Of a DNA stretch of 64,000 nt, positions 46,410 to 57,138 are shown one piece after another; position 1 is the stretch's first letter, and every line of letters begins with the position of its first letter. Both the position numbers and the translations under genes were made by a program. A model generated the notes under the pieces. It was given only the letters and a program-made list of their open reading frames with translations, had not been told where the DNA came from and did no database searches. Location: contig JBMOFM010000003.1 in NCBI GenBank assembly GCA_049318825.1, positions 12,889 to 76,888 on the forward strand, in the 5' to 3' direction. Source of the DNA: Alphaproteobacteria bacterium (GTDB lineage: Bacteria; Pseudomonadota; Alphaproteobacteria; JBMOFM01).

Positions 46410-46614
46410 AAAAATAGAAGAGTTTCGTTCTATTGATTATCCTCAGCTCGTGGGACGTTTAGTTGAATTGAAAAAAGAATTGATGGGTCTTCGTTTCCAG
46501 AAGGTTCAGGGTTCGCTTGTTTCTTTTTCTAGGTTTGGGCAAATACGGAAAGAAGTTGCTAGAATAATGACAGTTTTAAGTGAAAGAAAGTTAGCTTCAG
46601 GAGGGCATAAATAA
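46402..46614 (+). CDS. rpmC: 50S ribosomal protein L29
   Basis: [10 protein letters not shown]...; internal ATG of the listed ORF; overlaps the rplP stop. Confidence 0.85.
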   Translation: MSKKIEEFRSIDYPQLVGRLVELKKELMGLRFQKVQGSLVSFSRFGQIRKEVARIMTVLSERKLASGGHK

Positions 46615-46862
46615 TGCCCAAAAGAATTCTGGTTGGACGTGTTGTAAGCAACAGTTGTTTGAAGACTGTAACGGTTCTTGTTGAAAGAAAAGTTATGCAT
46701 CCTGTGTACAAGAAATTTATTAAGCGCTCTAAGAAATTTATGGCTCATGATGAACAAAATGTATTTAAGGTTGGCGATGTTGTTCAGATAGAGGAGTGTC
46801 GTCCTCTTTCCGCAAGGAAGACTTGGCGCGTTATTGGTTCTGCTGCTGTTGTTGCGGATTGA
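46614..46862 (+). CDS. rpsQ: 30S ribosomal protein S17
   Basis: Position and motifs. Confidence 0.9.
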   Translation: MPKRILVGRVVSNSCLKTVTVLVERKVMHPVYKKFIKRSKKFMAHDEQNVFKVGDVVQIEECRPLSARKTWRVIGSAAVVAD

Positions 46863-46883
46863 TTCTATTTTTGGAGATTTAAA

Positions 46884-47252
46884 ATGATTCAGATGCAGAC
46901 ATGTCTGGAAGTCGCTGATAACAGTGGTGCGCGCCGGGTGATGTGCATTAAGGTTCTTGGTGGTTCCAAGAGAAAATGCGCTAAAATTGGGGATGTTATC
47001 GTTGTTTCAGTTAAAGATGCCATACCTAAAGGTAGGGTGAAAAAAGGCGATGTATTAAGGGCTGTGGTTGTTAGGACGGTTTTCCCTTTGCGTCGTGATG
47101 ATGTAGGCGGTATACGTTTTGATACCAATGCAGCGGTATTGATTAATAAGCAAGGCGAGCCTATTGGCACACGTATATTTGGACCAGTCACTCGTGAGCT
47201 TAGAGCGAAGAAATTCATGAAAATTATATCTTTAGCCCCGGAGGTTTTGTGA
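46884..47252 (+). CDS. rplN: 50S ribosomal protein L14
   Basis: MIQMQT... Confidence 0.95.
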   Translation: MIQMQTCLEVADNSGARRVMCIKVLGGSKRKCAKIGDVIVVSVKDAIPKGRVKKGDVLRAVVVRTVFPLRRDDVGGIRFDTNAAVLINKQGEPIGTRIFGPVTRELRAKKFMKIISLAPEVL

Positions 47253-47590
47253 TGACTTCATCTGCGGCAGTAAAAAATAAACTAAAAGTAAAAAAAGATG
47301 ATCTTGTTTCTGTAATATCTGGTTCTCATAAGGGAAAAACAGGTAAGATATTGAAGGTTCTTCCATCCTTAAATAAGGTTGTGGTTGAGGGAGTTGGAGT
47401 AAAAACAAAGAATGTAAAACCAACGGCACAAAATGCCGGCGGCATTTTGCGGGTTGAATCTCCAATTCATGTCTCTAATGTTTTGCTTGTTGATTCTAAT
47501 GATGGTTCTCCATCGCGTGTTGGGTATAGATTTGATCAGGATGGAAAAAAACAAAGATTTTTCAAAAAATCTGGTCAAATTGTAGAGTAA
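47249..47590 (+). CDS. rplX: 50S ribosomal protein L24
   Basis: KOW motif [10 protein letters not shown]. Confidence 0.9.
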   Translation: MMTSSAAVKNKLKVKKDDLVSVISGSHKGKTGKILKVLPSLNKVVVEGVGVKTKNVKPTAQNAGGILRVESPIHVSNVLLVDSNDGSPSRVGYRFDQDGKKQRFFKKSGQIVE

Positions 47591-48165
47591 TGGGGGTTGG
47601 TGTGTCAGAGTTTTTAGCGCCGGAAGACGTGAAATTAAAAAAGTACTATAAAGATGTCGTTGTTCCTTCGATGAAGGATAAATTTGGTTATACTAATATT
47701 CATGCTGTTCCAGCATTGATTAAAATAACCGTTAATATGGGGGTTGGTGAGGCAACGCAAGACAGTCGGCGTGTTCAGCAAGCTGCAGCTGAGTTGGCTC
47801 TTATTACTGGCCAGAAGCCTATTATTACTAGAGCGCGTAAGTCAATTGCTCAATTTAAGGTACGAGAAAACATGCCTTTGGGGTGTAAAGTTACCTTAAG
47901 AAAACAGCATATGTATGAGTTTTTGGATAGGTTGATTAACATTGCTCTTCCGCGCGTAAGAGATTTTCGTGGCGTGTCTGGTAAGAGTTTTGATGGTAAT
48001 GGCAATTATTCGATTGGTCTTAAAGAGCAAATAGTTTTTCCTGAGATTGATTATGATAAAGTTGAGCATATCAGGGGGATGGATATCTCTATATGCACAA
48101 GCGCCAAAACTGATCAGGAAGCCAGAGAGCTTCTAGCTGCTTTCAATATGCCTTTTATTAATTAG
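47590..48165 (+). CDS. rplE: 50S ribosomal protein L5
   Basis: [11 protein letters not shown] motif. Confidence 0.9.
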   Translation: MGVGVSEFLAPEDVKLKKYYKDVVVPSMKDKFGYTNIHAVPALIKITVNMGVGEATQDSRRVQQAAAELALITGQKPIITRARKSIAQFKVRENMPLGCKVTLRKQHMYEFLDRLINIALPRVRDFRGVSGKSFDGNGNYSIGLKEQIVFPEIDYDKVEHIRGMDISICTSAKTDQEARELLAAFNMPFIN

Positions 48166-48183
48166 TATGTTTGGGAATTTTTT

Positions 48184-48489
48184 ATGGCGAAGTTGGGAAT
48201 GATAGAAAACAACAATAAGCGTAAGGCTGTTGTTGCTGCTACTAAGGGTCGTAGAGAGAAGTTGAAGTCTGTGGCTCGTGATAAGGCGATTTCTGCTGAG
48301 GAGCGTTTCGATGCTCAATTAAAATTGGCTGCAATGCCAAGGAATGGTTGTCCTACTCGAGTGCGGAATAGGTGTGGTTTGTCTGGCCGTCCGCGGTCGG
48401 TTTATAGATGTTTTAATCTTTCGAGAATTGCTCTGCGTGAACTTGCTTCTCAGGGATTGATTCCTGGTGTGACTAAAGCAAGTTGGTAA
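48184..48489 (+). CDS. rpsN: 30S ribosomal protein S14
   Basis: 101 aa, long (zinc-independent) form. Confidence 0.9.
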   Translation: MAKLGMIENNNKRKAVVAATKGRREKLKSVARDKAISAEERFDAQLKLAAMPRNGCPTRVRNRCGLSGRPRSVYRCFNLSRIALRELASQGLIPGVTKASW

Positions 48490-48501
48490 TAGGAGGGTAT
48501 T

Positions 48502-48900
48502 ATGTCGTTATCAGATCCATTGGGTGATATGCTTACCCGTATTCGAAATGGTCAGAGCGCTAACATGTCTGTTGTGAGGACGCCTGCGTCTTCTTTAAGG
48601 GCTGGGGTGTTAGATGTTTTGAAGCGTGAAGGATATATACGTGGTTATAGCCGTGTTGAAGTTCGTCCTAATATCTTTAGTTTTGATGTGGAATTAAAAT
48701 ATTTTGATGGTCTTCCTGTTATAAAGGAAATAAAAAGGGTTTCTAAACCTGGACGTAGGGTTTACGCGAAAATACGCGAGTTGCCTAAATTTTATAATGG
48801 TTTAGGTGTTTCCGTGTTGTCGACCCCCAAGGGTGTGATGAGTGATTCTGAGGCTCGAGCCATCAATATTGGTGGTGAGTTGCTGTGTCAGGTTTTTTAA
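48502..48900 (+). CDS. rpsH: 30S ribosomal protein S8
   Basis: DPLGDMLTRIRN. Confidence 0.95.
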   Translation: MSLSDPLGDMLTRIRNGQSANMSVVRTPASSLRAGVLDVLKREGYIRGYSRVEVRPNIFSFDVELKYFDGLPVIKEIKRVSKPGRRVYAKIRELPKFYNGLGVSVLSTPKGVMSDSEARAINIGGELLCQVF

Positions 48901-48926
48901 AGCTATTTATTTGGGTTTTTTGAGTT

Positions 48927-49460
48927 ATGTCTAGAATTGGAAAACTGCCTGTCATAATTCCTGATGGTGTTTCTTGTGAAGTTGTTGGTCAAAGAGTGAC
49001 AGCTAAGGGTAAATTGTCCCAGCTGTGTCTCGATGTTTGCGATGAAATAAACATCGTTTTGGAAGGAAAGTCATTGAGGCTTCAGCCTAAGGGCTCTTCC
49101 GTTGTTGGGAAAAGAATGTGGGGCACATCTCGTACTCTTCTTTCAAATCTACTGAAGGGTGTATCTGAAGGGTTTACGATTAATTTGGAGATTGAGGGCG
49201 TTGGTTATCGTGCTCAAGTGCAGGGATCAGAGTTGGTATTGCAGCTTGGTTATACGCATGATGTTCGTTTCACTGTTCCTAATGGCGTTACCGTTAAAGC
49301 AGATAAGCCTACCTCAATAAGTATTCATGGCCCCGATAAGCGTGTTGTTGGTCAGTTGGCTGCTGAGATACGTGCTGTTCGTTCTCCTGAACCATATAAA
49401 GGTAAGGGTGTTAGGTATCAGGGTGAAGTGATACTGCGTAAAGAAGGTAAGAAAAAATAA
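48927..49460 (+). CDS. rplF: 50S ribosomal protein L6
   Basis: MSRIGKLPV. Confidence 0.95.
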   Translation: MSRIGKLPVIIPDGVSCEVVGQRVTAKGKLSQLCLDVCDEINIVLEGKSLRLQPKGSSVVGKRMWGTSRTLLSNLLKGVSEGFTINLEIEGVGYRAQVQGSELVLQLGYTHDVRFTVPNGVTVKADKPTSISIHGPDKRVVGQLAAEIRAVRSPEPYKGKGVRYQGEVILRKEGKKK

Positions 49461-49465
49461 GAGGT

Positions 49466-49831
49466 TTGGTTGTGAATAGTCGTAAAGTTAAAGAAATTAG
49501 AAAATTTAGGGTTCGTTCTTCCTTAAAAAAGAATTCTGTTGATCGTTTGCGGTTGACTGTTCATCGTACGGCCAACCATATATATGGTCAGATTGTTGAT
49601 GATCAAAAGCGTATTACTGTTGTTTCTTGCTCTTCTTTGGATGGAGAATTTAAAAAATCAATTTCTGGTGGGGCTAATAAAGCTGCAGCAGTTTTGGTTG
49701 GTTCTTTGTTGGCTAAGAGAGCTTTGGCTGCAGGTATATCAAAAGTATATTTTGATAGAGGTGCGCATGTGTATCAAGGTCGGTTGGCATCACTTGCTGA
49801 TGCGGCGCGTGAAAATGGTTTAGTGTTTTAG
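49466..49831 (+). CDS. rplR: 50S ribosomal protein L18
   Basis: Position and motifs. Confidence 0.9.
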   Translation: MVVNSRKVKEIRKFRVRSSLKKNSVDRLRLTVHRTANHIYGQIVDDQKRITVVSCSSLDGEFKKSISGGANKAAAVLVGSLLAKRALAAGISKVYFDRGAHVYQGRLASLADAARENGLVF

Positions 49832-49840
49832 GGATATTGC

Positions 49841-50401
49841 TTGATGGCCAGATTAGAAAAACAAGATAAAAACCCCAAAGAAAGAGAAGATTCTGACTTA
49901 ATTGAAAAATTAGTTAGCATTAATCGGGTTGCAAAGGTTGTAAAAGGCGGTCGTCGCTTTGGTTTTGCAGCTTTGGTGGTTGTAGGCGATGGTCGTGGTC
50001 GCGTAGGGGCTGGTTCTGGGAAAGCAAAAGAAGTTCCAGAAGCAATAAAGAAAGCGACGGATCAAGCAAAAAAGAGCATGGTTAAGGTTCCGTTGAGAGA
50101 GGGTCGTACTCTGCATCATGATTTGAAGGGGGCTTTTGGCGCTGGTTCTGTTGTGCTTCGTGCGGCACCTTCAGGTACTGGTATTATTGCTGGTGGTCCG
50201 ATGCGTTCTGTTTTTGAGGCTCTTGGCATACAGGATGTCGTTGCTAAATCCATTGGTTCATCTAATCCGCATAACATGGTTAAAGCAACTTTGGATGCTT
50301 TTAGCATTCTTTCTACGCCTAGGGCAGTTGCTTCCCGTCGAGGAAAGAAAATATCTGATATACTTGGGCGTCGTGAAAATGATGTTGAGGGAGTAGTTTA
50401 A
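49841..50401 (+). CDS. rpsE: 30S ribosomal protein S5
   Basis: [14 protein letters not shown]. Confidence 0.95.
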   Translation: MMARLEKQDKNPKEREDSDLIEKLVSINRVAKVVKGGRRFGFAALVVVGDGRGRVGAGSGKAKEVPEAIKKATDQAKKSMVKVPLREGRTLHHDLKGAFGAGSVVLRAAPSGTGIIAGGPMRSVFEALGIQDVVAKSIGSSNPHNMVKATLDAFSILSTPRAVASRRGKKISDILGRRENDVEGVV

Positions 50402-50634
50402 TGAGTGTTGGACAATCTAAAATAATTAATCAAGACAGTCCAACTGTGATTGTTACTCAGATTCGTAGCCCTATAGGGCGGAAAAGCGACCAAAGAGATA
50501 CGTTGAAGGGGTTGGGTTTGAATAAATTGCACAGAACACGGGAGTTGATAGATACCCCTGATGTTAGAGGTATGATCGCTAAAGTGGCTCATCTCATCCG
50601 TGTTGAGAATGCAGACCTAAATCGTGGAGATTAG
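50401..50634 (+). CDS. rpmD: 50S ribosomal protein L30
   Basis: Position and size (77 aa). Confidence 0.85.
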   Translation: MSVGQSKIINQDSPTVIVTQIRSPIGRKSDQRDTLKGLGLNKLHRTRELIDTPDVRGMIAKVAHLIRVENADLNRGD

Positions 50635-50636
50635 TA

Positions 50637-51098
50637 ATGAAGTTAAATGAAATAAGAGATAATGAAGGGGCTACTAAAAACCGTATTCGTATTGGTCGCG
50701 GTATTGGCTCTGGAAAAGGTAAGACTGGTGGTCGTGGTGGAAAGGGTCAGACTGCGCGTAGTGGCGTGGCCCTTAATGGTTTTGAAGGCGGCCAGATGCC
50801 ATTGCACATGAGAATACCTAAGCGTGGGTTTAATAACCCAAGCAGGCTTCGTTTTTCTGTTGTTAATTTATGGCAAATTCAAGGCGCTATCGATTCAGGT
50901 AGATTGTCTGCAGGTGAATTGATTGATCAGGCTAAACTCGAATCGGTTGGAATATTGAAAAATGTTAGAGATGGTATTCGGCTGCTTGGTACTGGTGAGT
51001 TGAAATCTGCAGTAAAATTGAGCGTTAATGGCGCCTCAAAATCTGCGATTGAAGCTGTTCAAAAATCTGGTGGTGAGGTAACAGTTGTTGCTGTCTAG
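50637..51098 (+). CDS. rplO: 50S ribosomal protein L15
   Basis: Gly-rich GRGIGSGKGKTGGRGGKGQ. Confidence 0.95.
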   Translation: MKLNEIRDNEGATKNRIRIGRGIGSGKGKTGGRGGKGQTARSGVALNGFEGGQMPLHMRIPKRGFNNPSRLRFSVVNLWQIQGAIDSGRLSAGELIDQAKLESVGILKNVRDGIRLLGTGELKSAVKLSVNGASKSAIEAVQKSGGEVTVVAV

Positions 51099-51154
51099 AA
51101 TTATCTAGCATGTGATGTTGGTGTGTAGTATTTGTTGATTCGAGGCATATAGTA

Positions 51155-52492
51155 ATGGCGTCTGCAGTTGGACAGCTAACATCTCAGTCTTTTGTAACCG
51201 CTTTTTCAAAGGCAGATGAGCTTAAAAAAAGAATAATTTTTACGCTCATCGCTTTGCTTGTGTATCGGTTGGGGACCTATATACCAATACCAGGTATTGA
51301 TATCGAGGCATTAAGAGCTGTTTTTTCGCAAAAACGGGGTGGTATTCTTGATATGTTTAATATGTTTTCTGGTGGAGCTCTTCACCGGATGACTGTTTTC
51401 GCGTTGAACATTATGCCTTATGTTTCTGCATCTATTATTATGCAGCTGATGACCTCTTTATCTCCTAATCTCGAAGCCTTAAAGAAAGAGGGCGAGAGTG
51501 GTAGAAAGAAAATCAATCAATACACGCGCTACTTGACTGTTCTTTTAGCAGCGGTTCAGGCCTATGGTATGGCTGTGGGTTTAGAAAGAATGTCTTCCGG
51601 TTCATCTAGTGTTGTTTTGGCTCCAGGGCTTATGTTTAAGCTTACCACGGTTGTTACTCTTGTTGGGGCCACTGTTTTTTTGATGTGGTTAGGCGAGCAG
51701 ATTACGTCGCGTGGTATAGGTAATGGTATATCGTTGATCATATTTTCCGGTATCGTTGCTGAACTTCCTAGTGCGTTTATGCAGACTTTGGAGTTGGGGC
51801 GCACTGGTGCATTATCTCCATTTGTAGTGCTAGCTATGTTTGCTGCGGCTGCTGTGGTTGTTTTCTTTATTGTTTTTATGGAAAGAGCGCAGCGCCGAAT
51901 TATTATTCAATACCCTAAAAGACAAGTTGGTAATAGAGTATCTGGCGGTGAATCTAGTCATATGCCTCTTAAATTGAATACAGCCGGTGTTATTCCACCG
52001 ATCTTTGCTTCTTCGTTATTGCTTTTGCCGATTACGATTGCAGGATTCAGCGGAGCAGACAATGGTTGGGCTGCAAGCATTAGCCGCTATCTTGCTCATG
52101 GTCAGCCCATATATATGGTTTTTTACTCTCTCCTCATTGTGTTTTTCTCCTTTTTTTATACGGCCATCGTTTTTAATCCTAATGAAACAGCGGATTATTT
52201 GCGTAAAGCGGGTGGTTTTATTCCTGGTGTTCGTCCAGGTAAAAATACAGCGGATCATTTGGATTATATTCTTACAAGAATAACAGTGGTTGGCGCGGCT
52301 TATATGGTTGCGGTTTGTTTGCTCCCTGAGCTCATTATTTCAAAGCTCTCGCTACCATTTTATTTTGGTGGAACAAGCTTACTAATTATTGTGAGTGTAA
52401 CTATGGATACGGTCACACAAATACATTCTCATTTGTTGGCGCACCAATATGAAGGCTTATTAAAGAGGTCTAGGCTGCGAGGGCGTCGCTGA
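51155..52492 (+). CDS. secY: preprotein translocase subunit SecY
   Basis: 445 aa, 10 TM-like segments. Confidence 0.95.
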   Translation: MASAVGQLTSQSFVTAFSKADELKKRIIFTLIALLVYRLGTYIPIPGIDIEALRAVFSQKRGGILDMFNMFSGGALHRMTVFALNIMPYVSASIIMQLMTSLSPNLEALKKEGESGRKKINQYTRYLTVLLAAVQAYGMAVGLERMSSGSSSVVLAPGLMFKLTTVVTLVGATVFLMWLGEQITSRGIGNGISLIIFSGIVAELPSAFMQTLELGRTGALSPFVVLAMFAAAAVVVFFIVFMERAQRRIIIQYPKRQVGNRVSGGESSHMPLKLNTAGVIPPIFASSLLLLPITIAGFSGADNGWAASISRYLAHGQPIYMVFYSLLIVFFSFFYTAIVFNPNETADYLRKAGGFIPGVRPGKNTADHLDYILTRITVVGAAYMVAVCLLPELIISKLSLPFYFGGTSLLIIVSVTMDTVTQIHSHLLAHQYEGLLKRSRLRGRR

Positions 52493-53169
52493 TGAATCTC
52501 ATTCTGTTAGGTCCTCCTGGTGCAGGTAAGGGTACGCAAGCTAAGAGGTTGCAGTTAAAATACGGCTTGGTTCAATTATCAACTGGCGATATGTTGCGTG
52601 CCCACGTTGCGTGGGGGGATGACATTGGACAGCAAGCAAAATCTATAATGGCTAGTGGTCAATTGATGCCGGATGATTTAATGATAAGAATTATTTCAGA
52701 ACGAATTGACCGGCCGGATTGTAAAAAAGGTTTTATTTTAGATGGTTTTCCTCGGACTGTTCCTCAAGCATGGGCGCTTGATAGGATGTTGTCTGAAAAA
52801 GGGAAAAACATTGCTGTTGTTATAGAAATGAAGGTTGATCAGGAAGCGCTTATTGATAGAATATCAGGGCGTTATTCTTGTGCAAAATGTGGTGCTGGCT
52901 ATCATGAACGTTACCAGGTGCCTAAAATAAATGGCGTTTGTGATATTTGTGGTAGCAAAGAATTTTCAAGACGTGCAGACGATAAAATTGATACTGTCCG
53001 TTCTCGTCTTGAAGGATATGTAAAGATTACAACACCAATTTTGCCTTATTATAGCGATAAGAAAATTTTACATTCTATTGATGGCATGGCTGACATCGAT
53101 ACAGTTTCGTTGCAGATTGATGATATATTATCTGGGGTTAAGGCAAATGAATCTGCGGCGCTAAATTGA
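52492..53169 (+). CDS. adk: adenylate kinase (long lid with Cys4 zinc motif)
   Basis: GPPGAGKGTQA P-loop; CAKCG...CDICG lid. Confidence 0.95.
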   Translation: MNLILLGPPGAGKGTQAKRLQLKYGLVQLSTGDMLRAHVAWGDDIGQQAKSIMASGQLMPDDLMIRIISERIDRPDCKKGFILDGFPRTVPQAWALDRMLSEKGKNIAVVIEMKVDQEALIDRISGRYSCAKCGAGYHERYQVPKINGVCDICGSKEFSRRADDKIDTVRSRLEGYVKITTPILPYYSDKKILHSIDGMADIDTVSLQIDDILSGVKANESAALN

Positions 53170-53251
53170 CGCGCGCTTCTAGGTAAATTGACTGTGGCGT
53201 TCTAAGAAATCATGGTTCATATAATTTAATAGTGTTTTAAGGAGTATATTA

Positions 53252-53632
53252 GTGGCTCGTATAGCAGGTGTTAATATTCCAGCTCAGAAGAGAGTGGAAA
53301 TTTCATTGAGATATATTTATGGTATTGGTCCAAAGCGTTCAAGAGAGATCTGTGAAAAAGTAGGTATATCTTTGGAGCGTCGGGTTAATCAATTGAGTGA
53401 CGAAGAGATTTTGCGTATTCGTGAAGCAATTGACGAAGGCTATGACGTGGAAGGCGACTTGCGTAGAAAAGTTTCTGTTGATATTAAGCGTCTAATGGAT
53501 CTTGGTTGCTACAGAGGCTTAAGACACAGAAGGGGCTTGCCTGTTCGAGGTCAGAGAACACACACCAATGCGCGGACACGTAAAGGTCCAGCTAAGGCTA
53601 TTGCCGGCAAGAAAAAAGCCACTAAGAAATAG
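53252..53632 (+). CDS. rpsM: 30S ribosomal protein S13
   Basis: GTG start, [10 protein letters not shown]. Confidence 0.95.
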   Translation: MARIAGVNIPAQKRVEISLRYIYGIGPKRSREICEKVGISLERRVNQLSDEEILRIREAIDEGYDVEGDLRRKVSVDIKRLMDLGCYRGLRHRRGLPVRGQRTHTNARTRKGPAKAIAGKKKATKK

Positions 53633-53652
53633 ATTTTTTTGAGAGAATTTAA

Positions 53653-54048
53653 ATGGTAAAAACAGCTCAGACTGCTAAATTGCGTCGTAAAGAAAAGAAA
53701 AACATCACTTCTGGTGTTGCTCATATTAATGCAAGCTTTAACAATACAATCGTTACAATTTCTGATGCTCAGGGGAACGTGATTTCTTGGTCTTCTGCTG
53801 GCAGTATGGATTTTAAGGGTTCTCGTAAATCAACCCCTTATGCTGCTCAGGTGGCTGCAGAAAATGCTGGCCGTAAAGCTGTAGAGCATGGTGTAAGAAC
53901 GCTTGAAGTTGAAGTGAAGGGTCCTGGTTCGGGTCGTGAATCTGCGCTGCGTGCTTTGCAGTCTGTTGGCTTTACTTTAACTGGTATTCGCGATATTACT
54001 CCTGTGCCTCACAACGGTGTTCGTCCACCGAAGCGTCGTCGAGTTTGA
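53653..54048 (+). CDS. rpsK: 30S ribosomal protein S11
   Basis: Position and motifs. Confidence 0.95.
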   Translation: MVKTAQTAKLRRKEKKNITSGVAHINASFNNTIVTISDAQGNVISWSSAGSMDFKGSRKSTPYAAQVAAENAGRKAVEHGVRTLEVEVKGPGSGRESALRALQSVGFTLTGIRDITPVPHNGVRPPKRRRV

Positions 54049-54115
54049 TTTGTTGAATGGATCAATCTAAAAGAATTATCTTGTTAGATTACATGGGTAG
54101 AATGGAGTATTTGCG

Positions 54116-55132
54116 GTGATGCAAAGAAATTGGCAGGATTTGATTAAGCCTGGTAAATTAGTCTCCCTTGCTGCTGGGGATTCAAAAAAAGTAGGGGTTA
54201 TGATAGCTGAGCCGTTAGAGCGTGGTTATGGCTTAACCTTGGGTAATTCCCTGCGTCGGGTGTTATTGTCTTCTCTTCAAGGGGCAGCGGTAACCGCCAT
54301 ACAGATAGAAGGGGTTTTACATGAGTTTTCATCTATCCCCGGTGTAAGGGAAGATGTTACAGACCTCATTTTGAATATTAAGCTGATAGCGTTGCGTTCT
54401 CATTCCGAAGGGCCTAAGAGAATGCGCCTATTTGTTGAGGGACCATGTGAAGTGACTGCCGGCATGATCGAGGTTGGTCATGATGTGGAGATCACTAACC
54501 CTTCTTTAGTATTATGTACGCTTGATAAGGGCGCCACATTGGCTATCGAGTTTCTGGTGCAATCTGGCAAGGGGTATCGCCCTGCTGCATTGAACCGTCC
54601 TGAAGATGCGCCTGTTGGTTTTATTCCCGTAGATAGTATTTTTAGTCCGGTAAGAAAAGTTTCTTACAAACTTGAAAATACCCGCGTGGGTCAGATTACC
54701 GACTATGATAAGTTGATTTTGACGGTTGAAACCAATGGGGCGCTTTCTCCTGATGATGCGGTGGCTTACGCTGCAAGAATATTGCAAGATCAGTTACAGG
54801 TGTTTGTAAACTTTTCTGAGCCAGTTGTGCAACGTGTTGATGAACAGGTGGATGACCTGCCATTTAACAGAAATCTGTTGCGTAAGGTTGATGAATTGGA
54901 GCTTTCTGTTCGTTCTGCAAATTGCTTGAAAAACGACAATATCATTTATATTGGCGATCTTGTACAAAAGTCAGAAGCCGAAATGTTGCGCACGCCTAAT
55001 TTTGGTAGAAAGTCTCTGAATGAAATTAAAGAGGTTCTTTCTGGTATGGGCTTGCATTTGGGTATGGCTGTGGTTAATTGGCCGCCTGATAATATTGAAG
55101 ATTTGGCACGCAAATTGGATGATCCATATTGA
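54116..55132 (+). CDS. rpoA: DNA-directed RNA polymerase subunit alpha
   Basis: [11 protein letters not shown]...; start at GTG 54116 or ATG 54119; 338 aa. Confidence 0.95.
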   Translation: MMQRNWQDLIKPGKLVSLAAGDSKKVGVMIAEPLERGYGLTLGNSLRRVLLSSLQGAAVTAIQIEGVLHEFSSIPGVREDVTDLILNIKLIALRSHSEGPKRMRLFVEGPCEVTAGMIEVGHDVEITNPSLVLCTLDKGATLAIEFLVQSGKGYRPAALNRPEDAPVGFIPVDSIFSPVRKVSYKLENTRVGQITDYDKLILTVETNGALSPDDAVAYAARILQDQLQVFVNFSEPVVQRVDEQVDDLPFNRNLLRKVDELELSVRSANCLKNDNIIYIGDLVQKSEAEMLRTPNFGRKSLNEIKEVLSGMGLHLGMAVVNWPPDNIEDLARKLDDPY

Positions 55133-55192
55133 GTGTAGGAAACATTTTTATAGGTAACACTATTTGCCTATAAAAACATAAACTGATAAAAC

Positions 55193-55230
55193 CCCTCTTA
55201 ATTATGTTGATAGTTAAGAGGGTTTTTTTT
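55193..55230 (+). terminator. intrinsic terminator after rpoA: ccctcttaa / ttaagaggg stem followed by T8
   Basis: Seen directly in the sequence. Confidence 0.7.
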
Positions 55231-55264
55231 GGGGGATAATCCCTCCCTAAGAATGTAGGTGGTT

Positions 55265-56350
55265 GTGAGTAGACTCTTCTATTTATGATTAAGAGAAGAA
55301 GTTACTTATGAAGCAGAATTATTTTAGTGAAACGCAAATTATAGGGATATTGAAGTAAGCGGATGCAGGTGTTGCGATACCATCGCTGTACCATGAAATA
55401 TATTGTGAGCCGTGCAAGTTTTTATAAATGGCTTGCTAATTACGGCTTAAGATGATGTACGCAGAACTTCACCTTCAGAATGATTTGATCAAAGAGGCTC
55501 TCCAAAAAAGTACTAACGCCGTCATGAACGCAAGGAGATAGTGATTTGGACGGTAGGGGAGAAGCAAGTGAGCATTCCAGTTTGCCGGCCGTGCTTTTTT
55601 TGGGGTGGGTGGGTAGTGAATGCTGCTCCCGTTATCAGCGCCTTTGGCGTAAGGAGGGTAACGAGGAGGTTGACGATTAGTTGTTGCGCTGGGGATTTGG
55701 GCTATGCTTTTTTTATATTTGTGCAATGTGAAAGGTTTGGGCTGGAACCACAAACATGCGTACAGGATTTACCGTGAACTGGATTGAACCTGAGGATTAA
55801 CCCCCGCAAGCGGCTGAAACACGAAAAACCTGACAAGCTGATCATGCCAGAGCAGCCAAATCAATGCTGGTCGATGGATTTTATTGCGGATAATTTAAGC
55901 AATGGCAAGGCCTTCCGCACTTTTAATGTTTTGCATGAGTTTAACCGCGAAGGGCTTGGTATTGAGGTGAAGATTTGATTGCCTGTCGTGCACGTTACCT
56001 GCGCCCTCGACCCGATCATCGAATGATGCGGAAAAACCAACGTCATACACTGCGATAACGGCCAAGAATATATCCGCCACAGGCTTTGCAAATGGGCAGA
56101 AACACAAAGGATCTAGCTCGTGTTCATCCAGTCAGGCAAGCCATAGCAAACACATAATTGCATGCGACAACCGCACCGTTCGTCACGAATGGCTGGAAAT
56201 CCATGAATTTAACACCATTGAGGAAGCTCAAAACACCGCAGAAAAATGGCTATGGACTTAGAATAACGAACAACCTAGTATGGATATCGGAAGTATAACA
56301 CCAGTTACAAAACTCGTCCTAGACAATACAAATAAAGTATCTACTCCAAA
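55265..56350 (+). mobile_element. decayed IS3-family insertion sequence (orfA and orfB remnants with multiple stops and frameshifts)
   Basis: Translation from 55308 gives MKQNYFSETQIIGILK*..., OrfA-like; 55784-55978 encodes ...PEQPNQCWSMDFIADNLSNGKAFRTFNVLHEFNREGLGIEV, OrfB integrase core; further DDE-domain fragments (..HCDNGQEY.., ..WLWT.NNEQPSMDIGSITP..) run to about 56320, interrupted by stops. Confidence 0.75.
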
Positions 56351-56442
56351 AACCTAATAAAATTATGCAGACTACCAAGCATGGATAAAAAAACTAACGG
56401 TACTGATAGAAGCTTATAAACAATGAATAAGAATATAATTTT

Positions 56443-57099
56443 ATGGGAAACTCTCTCTTAAAAACCATCTATCAAAACAAAGATGATCTCCTATCGGAGG
56501 TACAAGTTATGTTGGATGAAGGCCACGATCCAAGCGCGCTAACGGGATATAGCGAATCTCCGCTGCGTGTTGCGTCAAATAATGGCCGGTTTGATGTTAT
56601 TAATCTGCTTATCACTAAAGGTGCGGACGAATCGCAGCTTGGCTGGACTAATATTTTTCACGCTATCGCCTACGGCAGCCTTAAAAATTTGGAAGAAGCG
56701 ATCACTGGTGGATCTGATTTAGAAGCTAGGGATTTTTGGAATAGGACACCGTTTTTGTTCTCGATTCTGGTTGGCGATACCCAAAAAACAAAAATGCTAG
56801 TGGAAGCAGGCGCTGACATTGGCGTTGTTGGTCGCTGTGGCAAAACACCAATTACATATGCCATACAAAAAGATAACACGGTCATGCTTCGCTGGCTGAT
56901 AGAGCACAGTTTTGATATTGAGCAAACTGATGATCATGGGGACACGCCTTTGATAGAGGCTGCAGAGCATGGCGCGATAGAATGCTTAAAAATCCTTATA
57001 AAACAGGGAGCAGATATCTTCAAACCCAACTCCATTCCTTACCAACCAATTGAAGTGGCAAGCAATCTTGATGTTGTTTGTGCTTTGCTGGAAGCATGA
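56443..57099 (+). CDS. ankyrin-repeat protein (5-6 ANK repeats); terminated by a single TGA that is in frame with the next ORF
   Basis: Repeated GxTPLxxAxxxGxxxxxxxLxxxGAD units in the translation. Confidence 0.75.
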   Translation: MGNSLLKTIYQNKDDLLSEVQVMLDEGHDPSALTGYSESPLRVASNNGRFDVINLLITKGADESQLGWTNIFHAIAYGSLKNLEEAITGGSDLEARDFWNRTPFLFSILVGDTQKTKMLVEAGADIGVVGRCGKTPITYAIQKDNTVMLRWLIEHSFDIEQTDDHGDTPLIEAAEHGAIECLKILIKQGADIFKPNSIPYQPIEVASNLDVVCALLEA

Positions 57100-57138
57100 G
57101 CCGACATTAATAGGATAAGTAAAGAATCACGTGCGGAG

